DNA of 64,000 bases from Dehalococcoidia bacterium (GCA_963662615.2 CAXXSR010000001.1:224001-288000); one strand, 5' to 3'; positions 31,228 to 42,992 are shown, counted from the stretch's first letter. Notes: generated by a model not told the origin, from the letters alone. A program made the numbers and translations.

Positions 31228-32445
31228 CTAGGTCACGTAGTCCGCGTTGAAGCGGACGTACTCTTCGGTCAGGTCGCAGCCCCAGGCTGTCGCCTCCGCC
31301 TGGCCCTGCCCCAGGTCGATGCGGATGCGCACGGTGTCGCCGCGGATCGCCGCCGCCGCCGCGCCCGGCGCCACGCCGGCGCCGGCGCCGTGTTCGAACA
31401 GGAGCTGCTCTCCAAGCCACAGCCGCATGGTCGCCGGGTCGAAGCGTACCCCCGCGTAGCCCGCCGCCATCAAGACTCGGCCCCAGTTCGGATCGCCCTT
31501 GCTGAGGGCGGCCTTGAGGAGAGGGGAGCGCACGACCGTGCGCGCAACTTGCCGCGCCTCCTGCCACGACGCCGCGCCGGTCACCAACGTCTCAATCAGT
31601 TTCGTTGCCCCCTCGCCGTCGCGGGCGATGTCCTGCGCCAGCTTCGTACAGACCTCCAACAGCGCCGCATCGAACGCCGCGATCGCGTCGCTATCGCCGC
31701 CGTCAATGGGCGGCCCGCCGGCCACCCCGTTCGCCAGGATTAGCGCCGTATCGTTCGTGGACGTGTCACCGTCCACGGTGACCATGTTGAACGTGCGGTC
31801 CACGGCGGCGCCAAGGCGCATCCGTAAGACGTCCGCCTCCACGGCGGCGTCCGTGGTGAGAAAGGCCAGCATGGTGGCCATATTCGGGTGGATCATGCCC
31901 GCGCCCTTGCAGCAGCCACCCAAGCGGTAGGTGCGCCCGTGGGCCTGGAACTCCGTCAGCGCTTCCTTGGGGAACGTATCGGTCGTCATGATTGCGCGCG
32001 CGAAGGCGGCGCCACCATCGCGGCTGAGCGGCACGGTGGGGATGGCCTGGGTCAGCTTCTCCATTGGCAGGCAGTGGCCAATGACGCCGGTGCTGTTGAC
32101 GAAGACCTCGCTGGGTGCGCAGCCGGCCCGTTCGGCCGCCAGTCGTGCCATCTCACGGGCGTCGGCGATGCCGCGCTCGCCGGTGGCGCAGTTGGCGTTC
32201 CCGGAGTTCACGACCACCGTCCGCAGCCGGCCGTCCCGGATGTGCTCTTGGCTGACGAGGAGGGGCGCGGCTTGGACCACGTTCGTGGTGAACGTGGCCG
32301 CGGCGACGGCCGGCCCGTCGGCCACCAGGAGCGCCAGATCCGGCAGGCCCGATTCCTTGATCCCGGCCACCGTCCCCCCGGCGCGATAGCCCTGGGGGGC
32401 CGTGACCGCCCCGCTCGTCGCTGCCGCCGTCTCTTGCAGCGTCAT
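31228..32445 (-). CDS. argJ: Ornithine acetyltransferase
   Basis: NSGNANC, IMTTDT, KGAGMIHPNMATML, DGDTSTND, DGEGATK. Confidence 0.97.
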   Translation of the reverse strand: MTLQETAAATSGAVTAPQGYRAGGTVAGIKESGLPDLALLVADGPAVAAATFTTNVVQAAPLLVSQEHIRDGRLRTVVVNSGNANCATGERGIADAREMARLAAERAGCAPSEVFVNSTGVIGHCLPMEKLTQAIPTVPLSRDGGAAFARAIMTTDTFPKEALTEFQAHGRTYRLGGCCKGAGMIHPNMATMLAFLTTDAAVEADVLRMRLGAAVDRTFNMVTVDGDTSTNDTALILANGVAGGPPIDGGDSDAIAAFDAALLEVCTKLAQDIARDGEGATKLIETLVTGAASWQEARQVARTVVRSPLLKAALSKGDPNWGRVLMAAGYAGVRFDPATMRLWLGEQLLFEHGAGAGVAPGAAAAAIRGDTVRIRIDLGQGQAEATAWGCDLTEEYVRFNADYVT

Positions 32446-32470
32446 CACCCTGCCTCGCTCCGCCACTCGC

Positions 32471-33529
32471 CTACGGGTAAAGTCCCAAGGTCGTGAGCCC
32501 GGCCGTCTCATCCAGGCCGAACATCAGATTCAAGCACTGCACGGCGCCGCCGGCCGCCCCCTTGACCAGGTTGTCGATGCACGCGATCACCGTGACCTGC
32601 CCCGTCACCGCATCCACGTTGGGATAGAGGAGGCAGCTGTTGCTGCCCAAGGTCTCCTTTGTGCTGGGCGGGACGGCGGCCACCTGGGCGAAGGGGTGCC
32701 CGCGGTAGAACTCGTGGTAGCGCTCCAGGAGCGCCTCGCGGGCGGCGTCCCGGTGCTGCACGCGGTCGTCCGGCAGAGCGCCGGGGCGGATGCCCGCATA
32801 GCAGGTCGCGAGGAGGCCGCGCGTGATGGGAACGACGTGCGGCACAAAGGTCACCTGGAAGTCATCGTCGCCACCGGCGGCTGGTGCCAGCGCGGTGAGT
32901 TCCTGCACCATCTCCGGCTGGTGCCGGTGCCCGTCCAGGCCGTAGGCGCCAACACTTCCATCCCGCTCCGAAAAATGCGCTTCCAACGCCAGTGCCCGGC
33001 CCGCCCCGGACACGCCGGACTTCGCGTCCACAATGACGTCGCGATCCAACCACCCGGCCGCGGCCAACGGTGCCAGCGCCAGCAGGGCAGCGGTGGGGTA
33101 GCAGCCCGGCACCGCCACCAAGCGCGATTCTCGGATCTCGTCGCGATGCAGCTCGGGCAGTCCGTAGGTCGCTTGGTCCAACAGCGACGCGGCCGGATGC
33201 GGCCCGTACCAGCGTTCGTACGTCTCCGCATCGTGCAGGCGGAAGTCGGCGCTGCAGTCAATGACGGCGGCGCCCGCCTCGACGTGCGGGCGCAGGGCCT
33301 CCGCGGCGGCTGCATGAGGCAGCGCCGAGATCACCACGTCCACGTCCTCCACCTCCTCCACAATTGGGAGGTCAATGGACCAGAGGTGCGGGAAAACCTC
33401 AGGCAGCCGCTTGCCCGCCTGCGAACGGCCCGTGACGGCCGCGATCTCCACCTGGGGATGCCCCGCCAGCAGACGCGCCAATTCGGCGCCCACGTAGCCG
33501 GTAACGTTGATGATGCCCGCGCGGATCAC
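32471..33529 (-). CDS. argC: N-acetyl-gamma-glutamyl-phosphate reductase
   Basis: TGYVGAEL, SADFRL, PGCYPT, SGVSGAG, DNLVKGAAG. Confidence 0.97.
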   Translation of the reverse strand: MIRAGIINVTGYVGAELARLLAGHPQVEIAAVTGRSQAGKRLPEVFPHLWSIDLPIVEEVEDVDVVISALPHAAAAEALRPHVEAGAAVIDCSADFRLHDAETYERWYGPHPAASLLDQATYGLPELHRDEIRESRLVAVPGCYPTAALLALAPLAAAGWLDRDVIVDAKSGVSGAGRALALEAHFSERDGSVGAYGLDGHRHQPEMVQELTALAPAAGGDDDFQVTFVPHVVPITRGLLATCYAGIRPGALPDDRVQHRDAAREALLERYHEFYRGHPFAQVAAVPPSTKETLGSNSCLLYPNVDAVTGQVTVIACIDNLVKGAAGGAVQCLNLMFGLDETAGLTTLGLYP

Positions 33530-33579
33530 CGCTCCCCCTCTTTCTTCGCGTGCGACGCGCTCACCGCGGCGAAAGATGG

Positions 33580-33608
33580 ATTATATGGCTCGGCCCTGAC
33601 TCCGCCAA
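33580..33608 (-). promoter_or_regulatory. sigma70-type promoter of the arg cluster
   Basis: TTGGCG-17 nt-TATAAT on the minus strand, 50 nt upstream of the argC start. Confidence 0.65.
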
Positions 33609-33658
33609 CGGCGCTCCGTTACCTACGGCACGGTCGCCGTCGCTCCGCCGCGTTCACT

Positions 33659-34456
33659 CTAGGCTGAACGTCGCGGCCGCCTGCGCCTCTGGGCGCCCAC
33701 GGCAGACGGCGCCTCCCGTTCGAACGCGAACGCGGAGGGACAGCGGTCGGCCAGAATGCACTGTTCGCAGAGCGGTCGCGGCGCCTTGCACACCCGCCGG
33801 CCGTGCCGGATCACGAGCACGTGAAAGGGGTAGAAGAGATCGGGCGGCATTTGCGCTTCCAGGGCCGTATGCGCGGCGACGGCGTTCACCTTCGCACCGA
33901 TCAGCCCGAGCCGCTGACTGACCCGATGCACATGCGTGTCAACGGGCAACGCGGGCCGCCCCAGCGCGAACAGGAGCACGCAGGTCGCCGTCTTGGGCCC
34001 CACGCCCGGCAAGCTGGTGAGCCACCCCTTCGCCTCTTCCGTCGGCATCGTCCCCAGGGTCGACGCGTCCCGCTCAGGGCCCAGGCGGGCGCGCAACTCC
34101 CCCAGCAGCGCTTGCAGCCGCGGCGCCTTCGTCTTGGCCAGCCCGCCCGGGCGGATCGTCGCTTCCAGATCCGCGACAGGCGCAGCCTCGACCGCGTCCC
34201 AAGTCGGGTAGCGGTGGACGAGTTCCTGAAAGGCGCGGCCTGAGTTGGTATCGGAGGTGTTCTGGGAGAGGAGGGTGAGCATCAATTCGCCCACTGGGTC
34301 CTGGTGAGGGCGCCAGTCCGGGACCGGCGTCTCGCCGCCCAGCCGCTCGACGATCTCCGCCGGCGTCAGGCGCTCGCTGCGGCGCCCAGCCCGGCCCCTC
34401 CCGACCGAACGCTGGCTGCGCCGGGGCCGGCGAGGGGCCGGCTTCGTTTCGCTCAT
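33659..34456 (-). CDS. nth: Endonuclease III-like HhH-GPD DNA glycosylase
   Basis: LSQNTSD, LPGVGPKTA, PVDTHV, Cx6Cx2Cx5C 4Fe-4S motif. Confidence 0.88.
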   Translation of the reverse strand: MSETKPAPRRPRRSQRSVGRGRAGRRSERLTPAEIVERLGGETPVPDWRPHQDPVGELMLTLLSQNTSDTNSGRAFQELVHRYPTWDAVEAAPVADLEATIRPGGLAKTKAPRLQALLGELRARLGPERDASTLGTMPTEEAKGWLTSLPGVGPKTATCVLLFALGRPALPVDTHVHRVSQRLGLIGAKVNAVAAHTALEAQMPPDLFYPFHVLVIRHGRRVCKAPRPLCEQCILADRCPSAFAFEREAPSAVGAQRRRRPRRSA

Positions 34457-34567
34457 TGCGCCGTTTCCCTTACGCGTGGGGCTCGCAAGAGCGGTTCCGC
34501 CGTCATCGGCTCCGCCCGCCGCCGCCGCTTCTCCGCTCCCGCGCGATGACGATCGCGTTAGCGTCAC

Positions 34568-35731
34568 TCAGAATATCCGCTTGCTGAGGGCAAGGCCGGG
34601 CATGCGCGCCAGCTCGCGATCGTAGCTGGAGTCCCCGCGCATCACGCGAAAGAACGCGCTCCAGAGGTAATCAAGCCGGCGGCTCGCGGCGAATGCGAGC
34701 CCGGGCCAGGTGGTCACGCAGCGGTGGTACATCCGCGAAATGGCGCGGGCGGCGTCCAGTTCGGGCTGGATCTCGCGGTTCACCATCGTCTGGTAGCGGC
34801 TGGCCGCATCGCCGTCTGCGCTGGCATCGGGCGCGCCCAACGCGGCCAGGACGGCCGCTGCCGCCAGCCGGCCCGAGTGCAGCGCGTAGGAGATCCCCTC
34901 CGCCGTGAACTCGTCGGCCAGTCCGGCGGCGTCGCCCACCAGCAGAGCCGGCCCCGCGGCGATGCGCTCCGCCCGGCGGCGGAAATGGACGGGATGTCCC
35001 TTGGCGATCGCGATGGTGGCACCGCCCAGCCCCAGCCGCTCGGCGTACTGCTCCGTCCACAGACGAATGTTGCGGCCTTGGCCCGGCGCGAGCACGACGC
35101 CCACCGACAACTTCCCGTCCTTGGGAAAGACCCAGCCGTAGCCCCAGGGGCGGTAGCCAATGTCCACGTTCGCGCGGCCCCGCCAGCGTTCGAGCGCCGC
35201 GGAGGGTGCGTGGAATTCGACCTCCCAGGCGGCGCTCGTGGGCAGCCGCTGCGCCAGCCCCAGCGTCCGTCCCACCACGCCGGTCGTGCCGTCCGCGCCT
35301 ACGACGAACTGTGTTTGGTAGGCGCCGCCTGCGGTCGTGACGCGGGCGAGCCCGTCGGCGACCTCGACGTTGGTGACCGCTTCATCCTGGTGAACCGTCG
35401 CGCCGGCGGCTTCGGCGCCTTCAACCAACAGTCGGTCGAAACGGTCCCGCATCACCATGTAGGCGAAGGGGTGGGGCGAGCGTTTGCTGAAGCTCCGCCG
35501 CCCAAAGTGGCTCACCTCGATCGTGTCGACGGCGTCCTCTACGACCGCATCGATGGGGCCGTCGAGGTGTCGGGCGGCCCGTACGGGAACGCCGCCGCCG
35601 CAGGCTTTGTAGCGCGGATGCGACGCTTTCTCCAGCAACAACGTCCGCGCGCCGGCGGCGGCGAGTCGCCGCGCGGCAGTGCTGCCGCTCGGCCCGCCCC
35701 CGACCACGATCGCGTCCCAGCGCTGTTCCAC
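34568..35731 (-). CDS. Geranylgeranyl reductase family FAD oxidoreductase
   Basis: [39 protein letters not shown]. Confidence 0.88.
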   Translation of the reverse strand: MEQRWDAIVVGGGPSGSTAARRLAAAGARTLLLEKASHPRYKACGGGVPVRAARHLDGPIDAVVEDAVDTIEVSHFGRRSFSKRSPHPFAYMVMRDRFDRLLVEGAEAAGATVHQDEAVTNVEVADGLARVTTAGGAYQTQFVVGADGTTGVVGRTLGLAQRLPTSAAWEVEFHAPSAALERWRGRANVDIGYRPWGYGWVFPKDGKLSVGVVLAPGQGRNIRLWTEQYAERLGLGGATIAIAKGHPVHFRRRAERIAAGPALLVGDAAGLADEFTAEGISYALHSGRLAAAAVLAALGAPDASADGDAASRYQTMVNREIQPELDAARAISRMYHRCVTTWPGLAFAASRRLDYLWSAFFRVMRGDSSYDRELARMPGLALSKRIF

Positions 35732-35858
35732 CGTCTCAGCCTAACGGACTGCAACCGCCGCTCGCCCTGAGAGGCGGGCCGGCGCCGGCGCGCTCTTTGC
35801 CGTCGCATGCCGTCCGCGACGCTTGGCCCCCTTGCCTGGCGCGCACGCTCCCGAGAGC

Positions 35859-36761
35859 ATGGCGATCATCGTGTCGATACTGTCACGCCGACTCGCGCGT
35901 TTTCTCGCTCTGCTAAGCTTGGCCCTGGCGGTGGCGCTCCTCGGCGCGGCCTGCGGCAACGACGACGACCTGATCCTGGCCACCACCACCAGCGTCGACG
36001 ACAGCGGCCTCCTCGACGTCCTCGTCCCCATCTTCGAGGAGCGCAGCGGCGTGAACGTCAAAGTCATCGCCGTCGGCACCGGCGCCGCCCTGCGGCTGGC
36101 CCAGGACGGCAACGCCGACGCCCTCTTCGTCCACGCCCCCGCAGCGGAAAAGGCGCTGACCGAAGCCGGCGCCCTCGTCGACCGCCACCTCGTGGCCTAC
36201 AACGATTTCCTCATCGCGGGGCCGCCCGCCGACCCGGCCGGCGTCGCCGGCAGCACCGACGCGGCGGCGTCCCTGCGCCGCATCGCCGCGGCCCGCGCTA
36301 CCTTCATCTCCCGCGGCGATGACAGCGGCACGCACACGAAAGAGCGTGCTTTGTGGACCGCGAGCGGGATTGAACCGGGCGGTCGCTGGTACCAGGAGAC
36401 CGGCCAGGGGATGGGCGCGAGCCTTATCATCGCCAGCCAGAAGCGCGCCTACATCCTCACCGACCGCGCCACCTTCCTCGCGCTCAGCGCCAAGCTGGAG
36501 CTGGCGCCCGTCGTGGAGGGCGACCCGTTGCTGGTCAACCTCTACAGCGTCATGCGGGCGGATCCGGCCCAAGCCCGCGTCAACGCTGACGCCGGCGCCG
36601 CCTGGGTCGAGTTCATGCTGGCCGACGAGATCCAATCCCTGATCGCCGGCTTCGGCCGGGAGGAGTTCGGCAGGCCGCTGTTCTTCCCCGCGGCGGGCAA
36701 GAGCGAAGCGGAGGCGATCAATGAGTTCGTTGGAGCCACCACGCGGCGGGCGGGAGGGTAG
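35859..36761 (+). CDS. tupA: Tungstate ABC transporter substrate-binding lipoprotein
   Basis: Lipobox LGAAC; LATTTSVDDSGLL, VGTG, FISRGDDSGTH signature motifs. Confidence 0.9.
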   Translation: MAIIVSILSRRLARFLALLSLALAVALLGAACGNDDDLILATTTSVDDSGLLDVLVPIFEERSGVNVKVIAVGTGAALRLAQDGNADALFVHAPAAEKALTEAGALVDRHLVAYNDFLIAGPPADPAGVAGSTDAAASLRRIAAARATFISRGDDSGTHTKERALWTASGIEPGGRWYQETGQGMGASLIIASQKRAYILTDRATFLALSAKLELAPVVEGDPLLVNLYSVMRADPAQARVNADAGAAWVEFMLADEIQSLIAGFGREEFGRPLFFPAAGKSEAEAINEFVGATTRRAGG

Positions 36762-36764
36762 CGC

Positions 36765-37463
36765 ATGGAATTCCTCTGGAACGGAATCAAGGAGGCCTTC
36801 AACCTCTGGATCCACGGCGACAGCGAGATCATTGAGATCACTCTGCGCACGCTCGCCATCTCCTTCGTCGCCACGGTGCTCGCGCTGGCCCTCGGGGTGC
36901 CCATCGGCGCCGTCTTGGCCTTGAAGCGCTTCCCCGGACGCGCGCCCCTGGTTGCCCTGGTCAACACCGGCATGGGCATGCCGCCGGTGGTGGTGGGACT
37001 GGTGGTTGCGGTCTTCCTCTGGCGCAGCGGGCCCCTGGGGGGCCTCAACCTCATCTACACCCCCACGGCGATGGTCGCAGCACAGCTCCTCATCGCGGTG
37101 CCGCTCGTGATCGGCATCTCCCTCGCGGCCATACAAGCCATCAATCCGCGCTTGCTCGATCAGATAGTGGCGCTGGGCGCGAACCGCATCCAGTTTCTGT
37201 GGCTGATCATCCGCGAAGCCAGACTGGGCCTGCTGGCGGCGCTGATGGCCGGCTTTGGCGCCGTCATCTCCGAGGTCGGCGCCGCGATCATGGTGGGCGG
37301 CAACATCGCTGGGGAGACCCGTGTCCTCACCACCGCCACGGTGCTGGAGGCGGGGCGCGGCAACTTTGAAGTCGCCATCGCCTTGGGCGTTATGCTGCTC
37401 GTCATGGCCTATCTCGTGAACCTGGTCTTCACCGGTGTCCAGCAGCAGCGGCGCCCCACGTAG
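36765..37463 (+). CDS. tupB: Tungstate ABC transporter permease
   Basis: NTGMGMPPVVVGL, ISEVGAAIMVGGNI, TRVLTT. Confidence 0.9.
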   Translation: MEFLWNGIKEAFNLWIHGDSEIIEITLRTLAISFVATVLALALGVPIGAVLALKRFPGRAPLVALVNTGMGMPPVVVGLVVAVFLWRSGPLGGLNLIYTPTAMVAAQLLIAVPLVIGISLAAIQAINPRLLDQIVALGANRIQFLWLIIREARLGLLAALMAGFGAVISEVGAAIMVGGNIAGETRVLTTATVLEAGRGNFEVAIALGVMLLVMAYLVNLVFTGVQQQRRPT

Positions 37464-37485
37464 GGCGCGCAGGCCGTCGCCCGCC

Positions 37486-38727
37486 TTGGGCGCGCTGGTC
37501 GGGCCCGACGCGGCCCGGACGTCGCATCGTGCCAGCGACACGGCTGACGCGGACACGGCTGATGCGAATACGGCTGACGCGATCGCCAAAGTCGCCGCGA
37601 AAATCACCGTCCGCGACCTCCTCGTCGTCCGCAACGGCCAGACGGCGCTGGAGATTCCGGTACTCGACATCCCAGCGGGCCGGGTCACCGCGATCATCGG
37701 GCCCAACGGCGCCGGCAAGAGCACGCTGCTCGCTGTGCTGCAGCTGCTCCTCCGCCCGCGGCGCGGCGACCTCCGCCTCGACGGCGCGCCTATGTGGGGC
37801 GACGCCCTCGCGACTCGCCGCCGCCTCGCCTCCGTATTTCAAGAGGCGCTGCTGCTCAACACGTCCGTTCGCAAGAATGTGGAGACGGCGCTGGGCCTGC
37901 GCGGGGTGGCGCGACGCGAGCGACGGCCCCGCGCCGAGCGCTGGCTGGCGCGCTTCGGCGTCGCGCATCTGGCCCGGCGCCACGCGCACGATCTCTCCGG
38001 CGGCGAGGCGCAACGCGTGAGCCTGGCCCGCGCCTTCGCCATGGAGCCGGAGGTCCTGCTCCTCGATGAGCCCTTCGGCGGCCTCGACGCGCCCACGCGC
38101 GTCGCTCTCATCGACGATTTCGCCGACGTCGTCCACGACGCCCGCGTCACGACGGTGCTCGTGACTCACGATCGCGACGAGGCGCTGCGCCTCGCCGATG
38201 GACTCGCCGTGCTCGTTGACGGCAGGCTGCGGCAGTTCGGTCCGCCCCGCACGGTCTTCGCCGCTCCCGCCGATGAAGAGGTCGCGGCACTAGTCGGCGT
38301 CGAAAACGTCTGGCCGGCGCAGCTCTGCGACGTGACGGACGGTGTGGCCACCTACGCCGTTGGCTCGCACCGGCTCCAGGTCGCGCCTGCGGGTCAGGCG
38401 AGCGCGCCGCCGTCGCGGGCGCTCTTCTGCCTGCGCCCGGAGGAGGTGACCATCCAGGCGCCGTCCACCGTCCTGCCTGGCAAGCACAGCGCCCGCAACC
38501 GCTTGCCTGCGACGGTGGTGGCCGTTGAGCCCGTGGGCCCGGTCGTGCGTCTGCGACTCACCATCGCGAGCGAACATCGGGCCGGCGCTGCTGCAGAAAA
38601 ACTGATCGCAACGGTCACCCGCCCGTCCCTGGAGACGCTGGAGCTGGAGCCGGGCAGTCGCGTCATCGCCACCTTCAAAGCGACGGCGGCCCACGTGATC
38701 CCGCGCGCCGCCGGAGACACAGGCTGA
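37486..38727 (+). CDS. tupC: Tungstate ABC transporter ATPase with C-terminal TOBE domain (start uncertain)
   Basis: GPNGAGKST, LSGGE, LLLDEP, HSARN and FKATA TOBE motifs. Confidence 0.87.
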   Translation: MGALVGPDAARTSHRASDTADADTADANTADAIAKVAAKITVRDLLVVRNGQTALEIPVLDIPAGRVTAIIGPNGAGKSTLLAVLQLLLRPRRGDLRLDGAPMWGDALATRRRLASVFQEALLLNTSVRKNVETALGLRGVARRERRPRAERWLARFGVAHLARRHAHDLSGGEAQRVSLARAFAMEPEVLLLDEPFGGLDAPTRVALIDDFADVVHDARVTTVLVTHDRDEALRLADGLAVLVDGRLRQFGPPRTVFAAPADEEVAALVGVENVWPAQLCDVTDGVATYAVGSHRLQVAPAGQASAPPSRALFCLRPEEVTIQAPSTVLPGKHSARNRLPATVVAVEPVGPVVRLRLTIASEHRAGAAAEKLIATVTRPSLETLELEPGSRVIATFKATAAHVIPRAAGDTG

Positions 38728-38762
38728 CCCCACGGTCTGGGGCGCAGGGCGCGGTCGCGGGT

Positions 38763-38966
38763 CTACGCCTCAATCCCGAACGTCTTGGCGAGTTCGGAAG
38801 GCGTGGGATCCGTGAGCGCGTGCTTCCCATCGATAACGATGGTCGGCACGGAGCGGTTGCCCTGGTTGATCGCCATCACCCGCGCGGCCGCCTCTTCGTC
38901 CTCGTCGATGTCGATCGTGCGGTAGGGGATGCCCTGCTCGTCCAGGAACCGCAGCGCCGAGCGGCA
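38763..38966 (-). pseudogene. N-terminally truncated glutaredoxin (NrdH/mycoredoxin-like) remnant
   Basis: Hand translation gives CRSALRFLDEQGIPYRTIDIDEDEEAAARVMAINQGNRSVPTIVIDGK...*; first Cys of CxxC is absent and there is no in-frame start before an upstream TAG. Confidence 0.8.
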
Positions 38967-39061
38967 GCGCTGCCCTTGTCCAAGTGCGCAGTCTTGCCCG
39001 CGATCATCGCCCTACGCGGCATCGATCCCTCCACTAACGAACCGAACGCCCTCCGCGATGG

Positions 39062-40510
39062 TTAAAAACCCTCGCCAATGGGATGCAGCTTGAGAAAGTT
39101 GGTCGGCTTGCCCTGGCCCAGGGGCACGCCGCCCACCACCACCACCAGATCGCCGTCTGTGCAGTCCAGCTGCTCCCGTGCGACGTCATCAACGGCGCGC
39201 AGCATGGTCGCCAGGTCGGAGGGGGGATCGCAGCGCGCCGGTGTCACACCCCACAAGAGCGCCGCCCGTTGCTCCACCGGCGGCGTCGGCGCCAAGACAA
39301 CCACCGGCACGCCCATGTGGTCTTTGGCGATCAGCCGCGCCGTATAGCCGCTGACCGTGAACGCGATCACCGCCCGCACGGACGGATTCTGTTGCACAAT
39401 GGAGCGCGCCGCCCAACTGATGCTGCGCGAGGGGTCTCGCCCCCAATCCGTCTCGACGGTCGGCGCCCGCCGCGCGCCCTCGCTCTCCTCCGCCCGCCGC
39501 GCGATCCGGTCCATCATGGCCACGCTCTCCACTGGATGCTTGCCCACCGCCGTCTCCGCCGACAGCATGACGGCGTCAGCGCCGTCCCAGATCGCGTTGG
39601 CGACGTCGCTGGCCTCGGCCCGCGTAGGGCGAGCGTTCTCCACCATGCTCTCCAGCATCTGCGTGGCGATGATCACGGGGACGAGCCGATCCGCCGCCGC
39701 TGCAACGATGCCCCGTTGGCGGATGGGCACGTTTTCCGGGCCGATCTCCACGGCCAGATCACCGCGCGCCACCATGACTCCATCGGCCTGGTGCAGGATT
39801 GCGTCCAGGTTCTCCAGGGCCTGCGCGCTCTCGATCTTGGCGATCAGCTCCACGTCCGAGCCCAACGATTGCAAGACGCTCCGCGCCTCTCGCATGTCCT
39901 CCGGCCGCCGCACGAAGGAGAGCGCGAGGTAGTCGATCCCCTCTGCAACGGCGAAGCGAATGTCCGCCTGGTCGTTGGCCGTGAGCGCGGGCAGACGCAC
40001 GCGCACGCCCGGCACGTTCACACCCGCCCGGCTGGTCAACGTCCCGGCGCTCCGAACCAGCGTCTCAACGGTCTTTCCATCGCTCTCGTTCGCGACGCCG
40101 GTCACCTCCAGCTCAATTGCGCCGTCGCGCAGGAAGATGCTGTCGCCGGCGCGCACATCGTCGGCCAGTCCGGCGTAATCGCAGGAGACGGTCGCGGGGC
40201 CCGCATGTCCGGCAGCCATGCTGATTCGCAACTGCGATCCCGAGGCCAGCGCGATCGGCTCCGGCAGCGGCCCCAGCCGGATCTTCGGCCCGCGCAAGTC
40301 CCCCACGATCGCGAGCGGCTTGTCGCTCTCGGCCTGCACCGCCCGCACGTGCGCGATCAGCGCCCGCAGCGCGCGATGATCCCCGTGCGAGAAGTTGAGC
40401 CGGGCGACGTCCAGGCCCGCCTCGACCATCGCCCGGATGGTCGCCCGCTCCGCCGAGGCGGGCCCCAGCGTCGCGACGATCTTCGCGCCCCGCCTCTCAT
40501 GGCTGCCCAT
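39062..40510 (-). CDS. pyk: Pyruvate kinase
   Basis: KIVATLGPAS, RLNFSHG, DLRGPKIR, AKIE, MVARGDL, ATQMLESM, PTRAE. Confidence 0.97.
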   Translation of the reverse strand: MGSHERRGAKIVATLGPASAERATIRAMVEAGLDVARLNFSHGDHRALRALIAHVRAVQAESDKPLAIVGDLRGPKIRLGPLPEPIALASGSQLRISMAAGHAGPATVSCDYAGLADDVRAGDSIFLRDGAIELEVTGVANESDGKTVETLVRSAGTLTSRAGVNVPGVRVRLPALTANDQADIRFAVAEGIDYLALSFVRRPEDMREARSVLQSLGSDVELIAKIESAQALENLDAILHQADGVMVARGDLAVEIGPENVPIRQRGIVAAAADRLVPVIIATQMLESMVENARPTRAEASDVANAIWDGADAVMLSAETAVGKHPVESVAMMDRIARRAEESEGARRAPTVETDWGRDPSRSISWAARSIVQQNPSVRAVIAFTVSGYTARLIAKDHMGVPVVVLAPTPPVEQRAALLWGVTPARCDPPSDLATMLRAVDDVAREQLDCTDGDLVVVVGGVPLGQGKPTNFLKLHPIGEGF

Positions 40511-40651
40511 GGGCCCATCCTAGTGCGGCGCCCATCACGAGGGGAACGCGGCGCCGGGCGGTCCCGCGCGGTGCCGCGCGGTGCCGGCGCGGCCAACACG
40601 GCGCGGCCGCGTTCCCATGGCCGCAGCGATCGAATGCCCTAGTCTCCCGTC

Positions 40652-41170
40652 ATGGCGGCACGCGACCAGATGCTGACCCGCGAGTTCCTGCAGCGCGTCC
40701 GTGAACTCGCTCTCGCCGACCTCGGCGACGACTTTGGGCCGCCGACCTCGCGCATCCTTTTCTCTTCGCTCCAGTTTCACTTCGGCGAGCCGCGGCGCCA
40801 CTACGAGGTCTGGCCCGTCCGCAAGACGGGCCGGATCGAGATCGGCCTGCATCTGGAGGGACCGCGCGAATGGAGCCGCCCGCTCGCCGCGCAGCTCGCC
40901 GCCCATGCCGACGAGCTTCGCAGTGTCCTGGGCTCCGGCTACGAGTTGGAGGATTGGACGGCGTCCTGGTCGCGCCTGCACCTGACGGTCCCGCTCGACC
41001 CGCTTACCGACGCCGTGGCCGAGGACCTGGCCGCCCGCCTGGCGCACCTGGTCCGCGCGGTGGAGCCGGTGATTCGCGCGCTGCCGCTCGCCGCGGCGCC
41101 GTCCTCCGAGTCGCGGGTGAGACCGCGCTGGCGCGGGGCGCGCTCAGGCCCCCGTGGTCGCCGGCGCTGA
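40652..41170 (+). CDS. Hypothetical protein
   Basis: 172-aa ORF with HYEVW and EIGLHLEG motifs; TAGTCT -10 element 6 nt before ATG. Confidence 0.75.
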   Translation: MAARDQMLTREFLQRVRELALADLGDDFGPPTSRILFSSLQFHFGEPRRHYEVWPVRKTGRIEIGLHLEGPREWSRPLAAQLAAHADELRSVLGSGYELEDWTASWSRLHLTVPLDPLTDAVAEDLAARLAHLVRAVEPVIRALPLAAAPSSESRVRPRWRGARSGPRGRRR

Positions 41171-41182
41171 ACCGGCGAGCGG

Positions 41183-41213
41183 AAAAACAACGGGCCTCCC
41201 CGTGGGGAGGCCC
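41183..41213 (-). terminator. Intrinsic terminator of groEL
   Basis: Minus strand: GGGCCTCCC-CACG-GGGAGGCCC followed by GTTGTTTTT. Confidence 0.85.
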
Positions 41214-41215
41214 CT

Positions 41216-41251
41216 GGCCACCGCATCGGCCACCGCATCGGCCACCGCCTC
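41216..41251. repeat. 3 x 12-bp tandem repeat
   Basis: GGCCACCGCATC x2 plus GGCCACCGCCTC. Confidence 0.85.
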
Positions 41252-41281
41252 GCCTGACAGCGTGGCGTCGCCGCACAGCGC

Positions 41282-42949
<1,668 letters not shown>

Positions 42950-42960
42950 TCAGACATCGT

Positions 42961-42987
42961 TTAGCACTCTCAAGGGGAGAGTGCCAG
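42961..42987. promoter_or_regulatory. CIRCE element (HrcA operator)
   Basis: TTAGCACTC-N9-GAGTGCCAG versus consensus TTAGCACTC-N9-GAGTGCTAA, upstream of groEL. Confidence 0.93.
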
Positions 42988-42992
42988 CCCTG

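Noticed and set aside
33530-33658. ArgR ARG box upstream of argC
   Set aside because: No TGAAT-N-ATTCA-like palindrome seen, only a promoter
38960-39000. Selenocysteine-containing glutaredoxin
   Set aside because: No in-frame TGA upstream of the retained Cys, and the upstream sequence does not resemble a glutaredoxin N-terminus
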